This document shows, piece by piece, positions 12,394 through 23,400 of a DNA stretch of 64,000 bases. The position numbers were made by a program, and so were the translations under genes. Location of the stretch: positions 186,001 to 250,000 of the forward strand of contig JAYWIR010000037.1 of NCBI GenBank assembly GCA_036172245.1, read 5' to 3'. The stretch is from Raillietiella orientalis. Taxonomy: Eukaryota. Numbering within the stretch: position 1 is the stretch's first letter; every line of letters begins with the position of its first letter. Below the pieces are notes generated by a model, which was not told the DNA's origin, ran no database searches, and was given only the letters and a program-made list of their open reading frames with translations.

Positions 12394-12560
12394 GCCTCGC
12401 GATCTCCTCGGATGGATCCAGTAGCGGAGGGCACCACAGAGGCGCGCGTGGACCCGAGAGCGCACTTCGCCCCCGAAAGCGCTCGTAGCGGCCGCTACGC
12501 GCCGGCGCTGGAGAGCCGCCGTTCCTCCTCCGGGTTCGCCCGCCCCCGCTCTCGGGTCCG
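12394..12560 (+). CDS. Candidate SLC4 alternative 5' coding exon (ATG 12412; MDPVAEGTTEARVDP...RPRSRVR|PWQM)
   Basis: Pyrimidine-rich acceptor ccctcctccccttccacag|, consensus donor cg|gtaagt, open frame, and a phase-2 end that joins exon 17451 in frame. Confidence 0.5.
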
Positions 12561-15500
12561 GTAAGTGGGTGCGTGCGATCTCTCGGGAGCGCGACAGTTC
12601 TCATCCCGCGGGATGTCCCCCCCCCCCCCTTTTCCCCCAACCTCATCTCCGCGCGCGGGCGGAAGCGCCACCTGGCGATGCCGTCAGCATCCTGCAAGCT
12701 GCGAGCCGCTGGAACACGGAAATCGAAAGTGTTTCCCACGCAGCTGACAAGCAGCGGGGAGTCTCGAACGCGGGTGGTTTCTGGGAGAAGTCTAACTTCC
12801 CTCCCCCCCTACCGCCATCCGCGGTGCGTGCGCAACCCCCTCCCCCCGTCTTCCACGATCCTTACATCACCTCCTCCCGCCTTTGCGGTCTTTCTGTGGC
12901 ATCTCTCGGAAGTGCCAAGTTGCGTCGCAACGATGCAGGGTGCAACCGCAGCTTCCTCTTGACCCTGGATCGGCCCCACGCAGGGCTCTCTGCCATCTCC
13001 GACCACTTTTTTTTTTTTCCTTCCCGCCAAAGTCTGTGAAGGAACGCCGCCTCGGGGGGATGCGCCAACGCTACTCTTCAAACGGATGGCCTCCGGGACT
13101 CCACGGGAAGGGGCGGAAAGGGAGAGGGGATCCCTCCCGATCTCAGAGAGAGGGAGGAAGCCGGACTCCGGGGACGCCTAGCCTAGCCAAGCGAAGGAGC
13201 TGTCGTCTCGGAACTGGGCGGCACTGTCGCGCGCAACGCCCGAGAGACCCTCGTCTCTCAGAGACTGGAGCCATCAAACCCGCTCACACGCGGACGAAAC
13301 GACTCGTCCTGCAGCCGCCTCCTGACGAAGGACCCAGGTGCTCTGCGGATAGGCCCGAGCTAGATCCCCGGGTTGCGGCAGCTGGGGGGTCAGCCGGGAC
13401 CCCTGAGCCTTTCACGTCAGCCGTCTCAGAGACCTCAGACCAGCACTGCCGCTGGGGATAGCAGCTCGAAGACCTGGGCGGGGCGGATCATCCCATGGAG
13501 CTGGTGAAGGGCAGGCGGAGATCACTGGGGTGGTCAGCAGAGGGTGGGAGCAAGGAGGGTCGCTCTCGAGAGAAGGCGTTGGTTCTCCAAGTGCAGTGGA
13601 AGCAGCTGGTGGACGAGGAGGAAGGGACGGGACCTCTTCCTCTTTCCCTCCCCTCCCCTCAGAAAGAAGGGACGCTTCCCGCGCGATCTCCTCCATGAAA
13701 CCCGAGAACTCCTTGCTTGCCAGCTCCCATTCGCGTTTCTATGCGAAAGAGATCCCGGAGAGCCAACGAAGCCCTGCTCTCCGGGATCTGAGGAGCACGC
13801 GGGTATCTGGTGGGACTTCCTCTTCTCGTCCGGTTTCTCGGAAAAGGCAGTATCAGAAGAGCTGGGATGGTCTTCTCCCCGAGGGTGAGCAACCGCTCTT
13901 TCGTCTGCTCCCCCTGTTCCTCCTCTTCTGGCCTTCCTTCGTCCGCTGCCCCATTTTTTCCGCCCGCCTCGCTTCCCTTTCCGGGAAAGACATGCGGACA
14001 CGAGCCAGACCTGCAGGGCAGCCGTCAGGAGGGCAGGACGAGGAGCAGCGCGAAGGATTTTCGGTTCGCTCCCCGCTCCTGAAGGCTCCTTCCTTTTTGT
14101 CGTCCTTGCTCGCAGCACAAGCTAGAGACGGTCACCGCACCAATGCACTCTGGATAGGGAGGAGGATGAGGAGTAGGAGTGTTCGGCTGCATTCCCTTGT
14201 GGGATGAGGCGACCCCAGGGTGGGGAAGAGGGGAGGAGGAAGCAAGGAGGAAGGAGACTAGCTCCTTTCCTCGATCTCGGTGGGATCCTTTCCCTTCCCC
14301 ACTCTCCTTCCCGATTCCTTCCGTGTGCGGCGAAAAGTTCCCGGAGCCCCTCCCAATCTCCCAGCTCGGAGCCTGCATGAACTCTCGGAAGAAGACAATC
14401 GGGGCGGGGAGGAGCCGCCGTTCCGCGTGCGTCTCCTCGACTTGCGCCTTCCTTCCCAAGGCACACGGAGGGAGGTGACTGCCGACACCGCCTCGAGGCT
14501 GGCCATCGGGCTCGTGGAATACGAAGGAGGAAGGGGGAACGGGGAGGCGGCCCCGGAACAGTCGTCGTCGCTTTTGAGCACGGCGTGCGCGTCCGCGGTC
14601 GTATGCGCGCTCCCTCCCCTTTCCTTTCGCGGGCGGGGAGCAACCGCGACGTTTCCTCCCTTCTAGGCCAGGAAGGGAAGGAACGATTCGCGACTGGACG
14701 GGTCACCCCTTCAGGGAGCGGCGTGCTGTCGAGCTGGGAATGTGCGCTCTCCGAAATCACGGCGTCCTCTCTCCCGCTCCCTTCCACAGGCAGGGCGTGG
14801 CTGCATTCACCTCGGATGGATCGGCGAGTCGGTCGTGAAGGGCGCGGGAGCGCCTGCAGGCGGATGGATAGGAATGCCGCCCGCAGCGCCGCAGGGACAC
14901 CTCTGAATTTTCCATCCTGCGGCTGAAGGACTTTCTCCCTCGCGGTGGCGTTTCTTCTTCCCTCGCCGTTGCCCGGGGGACGGTCGCCACGAAGTCGCTC
15001 GGTCGGGTCTTTTCCTCCAGACCCCTTCCCCTTTTGCGCGCACCTTTGCCTCCGTTTCTGGTGCCGTCCCCTGCGCGCTGCCCCGGACACAGCTTTGTCC
15101 GTCCCTCTCTTCCCTGCTTCCGCAGAGTGCATCGGAGTCCTGAGTATGAACCAGGAAGTGCGTGTCGTTTCTTCGGTGATTGCCTGGTTCACCTCTACAA
15201 CCAGAAGCTCTTCGAGAGTTTTGCGCACCATCTTTCGGCTGTTTTCTCTCTCTCTCTCTCTCTCCGTGGTAAGCGCCACCTGTGGGAGAATCCTCCCTGT
15301 TAATTGATGGCATGTTTCCCACAGATTTTTCCACTCTTCCTCCCCCTTTCCTCTCTCGCTCCCTTACAGATACTCCTACCTTTTTTTTTTTTTTTTTACC
15401 TGACGTACCTGTTGAGAACTCGTTGAGGGTGCTATGCAGCCCATTTCCAGTTGCGAGCGACCATGTTGTTGCTGCAGGAATGCTGCTGAGAATCGTTTGG

Positions 15501-16084
15501 GATGCACAGACCTTGAACGAGAGACCTCAGCAGGAGCTTCCGTGAATCTCCTCGGGCAGGGAACCGTTGGAGGAAGGGAGAACATCCCCCCGAATCTGGG
15601 CGGCGGCGGGGGGTGGGGGACGAGAAAACTTTCTCCTCACAATATCCACGGAGGCCTGGAAACGCTCTAAACAAAAGGATCACGGAGCCACAGGTTTTAG
15701 CGTTCAAAAGGAAGTCACCAGACTCCCTGGATTCACAGGCGCGAACCTCAAGAATCTAGCTGGACGCATGCGTCCCTGACGTGCTCCAGACACTGAGGAT
15801 ATGTATATTTTTTTTTTTTTTTCTTCCTCTCCTTCCCCCCTCCCCCTCCTCCCATCTCCTTCGAATCGGACTTGTTCTGGAAGTTTTTCACGCATATGAG
15901 TTGAAGAGAACGGGAGGATTGTTTTTCATGCGCGATAGCTTCCGGAGTGTTCCTTCCCTCTCTCTAGCTTCAGAGGGAAGCTGCAAATTGGGGTCTCGAG
16001 ACGATCGGTGCAGCCGTCCCAGCTATTCGAAAATGCTGGAACGAGTCATATGGATTCAACGAGAGAATTAATCACATCTCGGAA

Positions 16085-16305
16085 TCACGTGACCGGTGGA
16101 AGATTCTGCGACGAATAATTAGATCTATAAAAAGACTTTGCGCTATAAACGTTTTCTTTTTTTTTTGTCCTTTATCCGTTTTTCGACGGTTGTTGGGTGT
16201 GCAGGATGTACGAAAACTGCGATTCGCGCGCAAATTCTTGTCAGCTTATCAGTGAGATTAACTCTTTTCGAGATGGATAATTACGAAGATGAAGCACAGA
16301 CCCAT
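16085..16305 (+). promoter_or_regulatory. Candidate proximal TATA promoter and short alternative first exon of SLC4 (ATG 16289; MKHRPM|PWQM)
   Basis: TCACGTGAC E-box at 16085, TATAAAAA at 16126-16133, and donor at|gtgagt at 16306 in phase 2 relative to ATG 16289. Confidence 0.45.
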
Positions 16306-17460
16306 GTGAGTTTATCTTATTTTTCTTCGTTAATAAAAAAAGCCTTGGACTTTCGAATGGAAACGCGTCTTTCACTGTGCAACAGGTACCCCGTCTCGAT
16401 GAGCTTGACGTGCGTCGGCTCCCGAAGCATTCACATCCGCGCGCCCAGATTCGTGCTACATTGCAGACGTTGACATTCCGGAAACCATGACAACCGAAAT
16501 GCGTTCGGCCGCGCGCGTGTTTCCCCGGGAGTGCACCTCCTCAGTGCATTTGTTTTTGTTTCCTTTTCCACTCTTCCATGCTTTCTTTTTCCCTTTCTCG
16601 ACGAGCTCAGGATTAAAAAGGGGACAGCTCAGAACATGACTCCCTCAACACCTGGTCTTAGCAGCCATCTGAATCATCCCAGCAATCCTCCAAGCCTTGA
16701 CATTGATGTGTCTTCCTTGGACTTACTTCCCTTCCCCTTATTCTTCCCGCACGATATCCAATGCCTCCATCCATTCCACTTCTCCTCCCATCGTTCCATC
16801 TCATGCAGATTTGCGGGTCATTGCGAACAACTCAAAAAGAGAAGAGGGTTCAGTCTGCCTAGGCAGCATCGTGCTAGAAAGGGAAAGAGATTTCTGCAGG
16901 CAGAAACACAGTCCGTGTCCCGTTTCTATTCACTGACGCGTCCTGTCGATCCGGTCCAGCCCAATTTCAACACCCCCCTCCTCTTCGTTTTCAGGGTCGC
17001 CCAGTGGCAGAAAGCAAACCTCTTCTGGTGCATCTCGGGCTGCTGACCTGGGGGAAGCACCAGCTTCTCTCCCGTGGATGTCGGATGGGTTGGCTTTCGT
17101 GGGGTGAGGAAGAGAGCAGGCACGCCTCGCGAGGTGCTTGGTCCCTCCATCTCCTCCCTGTCCTTACTGGTCCTCTCATGTTCTCACTGGAAACTGGGAT
17201 GAACATGGCACTATCCCCCCTTACAACCTTACTGCAGGCTGAAGCGAAACGCATGGTTCTCCAGCCCTAAGGGAAAGGATAGGAAAGGAGAGGCGAGACT
17301 CGAGTACGTCTCTCCCGTTTCAGGTTCCTGCGCGAGCCTCCTACGAGCGATGCACCACCGAGTAGATCCCGAGTTTGACGCGATTCCTCCCTTGTCCGCC
17401 CTTGGCGCAGTCGCCGTGGAAGCCGGGTTAATCTGTCTGTCTTTTTTCAGGCCTTGGCAG

Positions 17461-20400
17461 ATGAACCCCAACGGTTACTTAGAGAACGAGGAGGTGTCCA
17501 GGGATCCCGGGCTAAAGAACTGCCTCCCCCTTTTCGGAGAAAAGGACTTCGAAGGTTAGACGGGACTCTTCTTTCGAGAGAGAATAGATGGCTTGTTTGG
17601 AGACTGTCTGGGAAGGAACCTACTTTCTTCCCTTCCTCTTTCATCTGGCTAGCTTCTCCTTCGAATTGCTTCCCTTCTGCTTCCGAGGGTGGAGCCATTG
17701 GCGGCAACGGAAGTGAAAGTCTGACGGTGCTCGTGCTGCTTTCCTTGCCCTCAGGGTGAGAGAGAAGCAGAAATCCTGGCGTAGGTTCTGCATCGAACTT
17801 GGGATTGTAAGCAACCTCAGGGTCGTTTCCTCTTTTCGTGAAGCTTTCGCACTCTGCCTGTCCATCCGTTGCTCGGGGATTACTCTGAGACTTTACGGAA
17901 GACCGTCTGCGAGATCCTTTTTGCTCCTCCTGCTCACTCCAAGAAAAAGGGACGGAAAGAAAGGTGGGCTAATCACCTCCTCTCAGAGGGATCTCTTGAG
18001 GACCTTATTCCCCCTCTATCCTAAGGCAACAGCAAGGTTTGCCGCTCAGTAAAAAAAAAAAAAGAAAAGGAAAAACAGGGAGGACCAAGGAGGGACAAAG
18101 GGAGGCGAGGGAGCGCGCCGATGCGATCCACGGTAAGTTGGATGCGGACTCCTCTTCCACTTCCTGGATACCTGGAGACTTTCTAGTCCTCTGTGGATAT
18201 TCTTAGGAGCATCTCTTCGGCTCTGAACGCAACCGGATGGCTTTGGGAGCACATTCATAGCTGCACTCGTGCTCTCCCCCCTCCCTTTTACCCCGGTTCT
18301 TCCACCTTCCTTCAGAATCCCGCTGTTCTCATTTGCGCTTAACTGGGTAGAGAAAGGCATTCACATCTTCTACTGATGGCACGCCGTGGACTTCAGTTGG
18401 CTCTCTAGGCCTGACTCCACTTCAGACTATGGGGGAGATGAGTGGCAGCGAGATTCCCTCACACAGCCCGGAAGATGTTATTCACTGCTATCTCTTTCAG
18501 GGCACCGGGCGCAGTCCATCTATGTGGGATATAGCATCCCGTCGGAGAAGGACCGCCACTCTCACCACCGGCGCCACCGGCACCACCACCGACGTCAAGG
18601 ATCCAGCGATGAGGAAAACAGACCAGGTGCTTCTTTCATCCCCTGCTCCAGATAGCGCCGTGCCGCCGCTCTTGAAGGAGCAGCCACCGGGGAACGGGAG
18701 AGGGAGCATAAAGACTCCGACAGAGAACTTCTTCTGGAGAAAGCCGATATCTTCGCCACCTTGCCTCCACCTATCTCCCCAGCCTGAAGAGAGGAAGGGC
18801 CCGAGCCCCGCCCCTCTTTCCGGCGAGTGGGTTCCTCTGGCTCTCCCTGACACTGGACTTCCTTGCAGCCCTCCTGAACGCGGACGCTCGGATGAGTGTA
18901 GCATTTTGTGGGGACGCCAGCTGACGTTCGGTGGGGTACTTGCGAGCCTGTCCCGCGAATAGCCAGTGTCTCCATTGGGACAAGGGAGCAATGGAATTTT
19001 CGGTGTCCCGGAAGACGGAGCTTCATGCGTCGCATCCCCTATGCTCCGCTTCCTGGATGCCTCGTTGTTCTCATTTCCTTGCAATCCTTGCAGATGGCCA
19101 CGAGTAGCTCCGGATACTCTCGATTTCCTTGTTACTCCTCAGGATTTCTCTAGTACTTGACTAGAATCGGTAAGGAAGCGGCCGGTTTGTTTTTCTGGAA
19201 ACTTCAAAAATTCCTGCTAGAGATGATAGTTCTACGACCTTTGCGATCACCTTCCCTATGATGGTTCTCGCTTATTGAGGGTCCTCAGTTCGGAGTCCGC
19301 ACCTTGCGAACGGTCGCCCAGAGCGAATTCTGGAACGGAGACGCAAAGATGCGACGCATGGTCTAGACGCGAATGGGAATGGGGAGGGGACAAGAAAAAG
19401 ATGCAGAATCTCAGGGGACGTAGCAAGCGGCCAGTTCCGATGTCCATTGTTCGAGGAAAAGGCAGTTGTCCCTCTCATGAGGAGCAAGAGGCCGAGTTAT
19501 GAGTCCGGGTTGTGGCACTGAACGCAATAGCCTCTCCCTAAGGTCTCTGCTGAGAGCCCTGAAGCCAGGGAAAAAAAACAAAACAATACAAGTATCCAGA
19601 AGCAAGGGAATCTGTGATCGCTAAGACGCTCCAATGGTTCCTATGCACTGCATTGGTAAACATCCAAGGCATTAATCTTTATTAGCATCAGCTCTTCCCA
19701 CAACTGAGAGCATATGAATCAGAACAAGATATCAGTGACACCAGCGAGAAAACTGACGAGCACTCCGCTGATTGGAAAGCACGAGAGAAATCTGGAAAAT
19801 GCTAAAAGAGAATGATAACTATTATGGGAAGGAACGGCTGGCGACTCATGTTGTGAAACAAGGCAAGCCACGCCTGCCTCAAATTTGTGGAAAGCTGTTG
19901 AAAGAGGCTGTAAGGTTTGTGAGGATTGAGCAATCGTCGAAGAGAGCTCCTTGGAAACGGCACCATTATCGGGAAAGGCTAATATGGCTTGATTACGAGG
20001 TCAAAGGTGAGGCACTCAGAAGACAGAGTTAGCACGAAAGCCCTAGTTGTCGATCCTTTCGGGCACAGCCGGAATCGACCATGGAAGATTAACCAGGGAG
20101 AGAGCTTGTTGCCTTTCAGATGCTTTCGATCTACCGAAAATCGGCGTTGTCCTGTCTCCCCTTAGCGATTGTGACACACTGGTGCGTTAGCGCATTCGTT
20201 GAGAGGTCCGTTTTCTCCGTAGGTTGAGGCATTCGTGCGTTCGGAGAGAAGCTCGTACGCTTTCTAGGCATCAGCGGTTCTCGGTGGGTAGAGTTTCCTC
20301 TCTTCACTTGCGGGAGTGCCGCATCAGAGGAAGCGACCCTCCTCCGGTGCCTCCCTAGTCCATTCGGTTCGTCTTCTTGGAAGCCTCTGGCCCAATGGAT

Positions 20401-23400
20401 AGCTGTTCAGGGATGAGACGGACAAGTCGAGGTGTAGGCCAAGGCGCCGTGGTGTTTTTTCTGTTTCTCCATTGTTTCCCGTGAACTTTTCCTGTTGCCG
20501 CTTCTGTTGGAAACAAGGCTCTCACGCGGGAAAGAAAACGAGCTGCTTTCCGTGCCTCATGGAGTTGTCGTTGCAGTCACGCCGCCGTCCCAGAGAGTGC
20601 AGTTCATCCTCGGGGAGGAATGCGATAGCGACCACCTTCTGGTCCATCCTCTGTTTACGGAGATGGAAGAGCTGCACATGGAGAACGGCGATATCGAGTG
20701 GAGGGAGACGGCCAGGTACAACACGGGAGAGGAGTGGGATGGGTAAAGAGGAAGAGGGAGAGAACATGGAAAGAGCAAAATCAAGGGTGGTGGTGCACTG
20801 GAAGTTCCGCTATGCTTTCGCCAATGCACGCTCCATGTCCTGCACCCTGTCCAGGTGGATCAAGTTCGAGGAAGACGTGGAGGAAGGAGGAAATCGGTGG
20901 TCCAAGCCTCACGTTGCCACGCTGTCCCTGCATTCTCTATTTGAAGCGAGGTCCTGCCTAATCAACGGAGCGGCTATCCTGGACATGGAGGCTCAGTCCC
21001 TGGAAAACATCGCAGACCTGCTCGTTGAGAACTGGTTCAACTCGGGACAGCTGACTTTCGAGAGCAGGGAGAAGGTGATAGGCTTTGCCCCCTTTTTCAC
21101 GGGAGAACTCATCTTTCCCCTTTCCTCCCAGGTCAAGGAGACTCTCATGCGCCGCCACCGCCACCAGTACGAGAGGAGACCGGGAACCTCCAGCAACGTG
21201 TCCAGGCTACCTCTCATACGATCTTTGGCAGAGATCGGTAGGAATTACTCCACCAGCAGAAGTAAGAGACTCTCTCATTCTCATTCTCCCTATACCTCCC
21301 TCCCACCCGCTCGTCTTGCCCGTGATGACGTCTTTTCGCGTGCATGAATGCGTGCTGGAACGTGAGAAAGGGAGGAATGGCATCCTCGGTTAGACAGACT
21401 GCTAGATGCAGTAAGCAGAAAGAAGGATTGAGGGCGTGAGGGTAAGGGTGGGGTGAGCACCCCACAGCGGCGCAGTCCGATCATGCATTCCGGTCGGAAA
21501 CACGCGTTCTGTGCCGTATTGCTTGTGATTGCTTGTGTGTTGCGTGTTCAGCATCCATCCCTCTTCGGTCTTCCAGGCTTTCCCACATTTCCAGGATGCC
21601 TTCCTCTTTCTTCGGGTGGTGGACATTTTCGGATGAGGCGAACGCTGATGTCACGGTAGGCATAGGCGTTGTCTCTTGCGGGAGAGCAGCAGCGAACCGA
21701 CTCGCTCTTTGCAAACCTCCAGAACCTTTTTCTGGTTCCTTCCACCCACAACTCTTCACCCGACCCTTTCTAATCGGGGGTAAGAAGCACAGCACAGAAC
21801 GTCTGCATCCATCTCGGGTTCACTCGCTGTTCCCGATGGAAGTCCCCAATTTCCCAGTTGGCTTCTGGTTCAGCAGGTGTTTCCCTCTTGAGGGCAAAGG
21901 CTGTTGCCATACAGACCTTGCCAATCTCCATAGTGATAGCTAGGGACTGCACTGCCGAGACTGTTGTCTAGAAGAAAAGTTTATCTGCACCAGCACCATA
22001 CGTGCATCCGTAGGAGGGCTCCTGTCTGCCTACTCTGGGATCTATCGGCGTGACACCGCGCTTGTTTGAGAGAGAACTTTCGCTTCTGCAGGCTGCGTTT
22101 CGCCTTGATTCCCTGCGCGATCTACTCCCTGCCCGTTTCTCTCACTTTATCCTCGTCCACGAGCTATCTCAGTCCCTGCCTAGACCGTTGGGGCATTCTT
22201 TCCCTTGGCAACGGGTCCATACATCCTCAGGGAAGATCCTCCTCCGGTAGGTGAATGCTTCCAGATGCTCTTTTAGTGGGATAATTTCGGAGTGATGTAG
22301 AATTTGCGATCACAGTGTCATCCTCGCCGCGGATCTCCGAATGATCTGATCGGAATAGATCCCAGCTGGACTCTTCAGTGTTTCGTAGTGCCTTCATTTT
22401 TACCGGAGTAAATTACATTTCCAGCCTGCTTGAGCGGTGAACAGCATATGCGCATGTGCGGGGGAGACTGGACTGTCCGTATTCTCACTTGACTCTTCTG
22501 ATTGGTTGCTTATTCTTTCGTCACATCGGATGCTGATTGGCCGATGCGAATTAACCAGGTGAATATAGGTGAACTGTATTAGAATGCTTTCTCAACGCAG
22601 AGAGACACTTGAAATCTCTTCGCAGTCTTCTCGCGCGAATTGCCCGTATCCATAGATTTCATACAAGGATGTGCGAAACTCCACTTGTGTTCTCTATCGG
22701 AGTCTTCAGTCGTAAACCTTTAAAAGTGGACCACTGCATCTTCAAGAAGTCGTTTTTAAATCTGTGCACTAGTTCTCAATCAGCGCACCAGTTTTTTTTT
22801 TTTTTTTTTTCCGTGTATGTTATTTCTGAGTTTTCAGGAAAAAAGAACGCGTTTACGAATTTTTTTTTTTTTTTTTCTTTAGAATTGTTAGGGATGGTGG
22901 ATGCTTAATCCAGTAGATTCTTGTGATTAAAAGCTAGTTTTTGCGATTCCAACAATTCGACGTGTGTTTGGCACCACTGGAAGCTAAAAATAGCTGCCGT
23001 GGTGCGATTGCGAGCAGGTGTGCGCACGTGCCTGAGCTGCTGCTCGCGCTCCTGCGATCGCACGAGGACATTTATGGTTTTCCGGATTAAAAATTGGCTT
23101 TCCATATCAAAAGATAAAGAAAGTTTTACTGCTTGCTGTGGTCTCTGTGTTTGCCAAGACCCGACTTTGCTAGACGCTGGTGGAATGGTCGATTCGCATG
23201 CTGAACCCAGCAAGAAGAGCTTCTCAAACCAGAGAGTCACGTGCGTTCTGATTCTTGAAAGAGCCCGTCGGAGCTCTTTCAAGTTTTTTCGGCGTGTCTT
23301 CTTGTTGCTGCATTGGGTGAATGCTGAGAAAGAGATGCTCGAGACCAGAATGCATTGATGCCACTACAGGTCCTTCCGTTTTCCGATCGAGCTCCCTTGT

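Larger units (their letters stand above)
5400..15300. other. GC-rich, CpG-rich island with purine/pyrimidine tracts upstream of the SLC4 gene
   Basis: Visibly very GC-rich with abundant CG dinucleotides and (GGA)n/(GCC)n/(CAG)n runs. The ORFs here are low-complexity R/P/G/A/S strings in all six frames. Boundaries approximate. Confidence 0.8.

Noticed and set aside
14122..15279. 385-aa minus-strand ORF, and similar long ORFs at 10757-11863, 44240-45076 and 44471-45397
   Set aside because: Same GC-driven artefact; equally long ORFs overlap on both strands.
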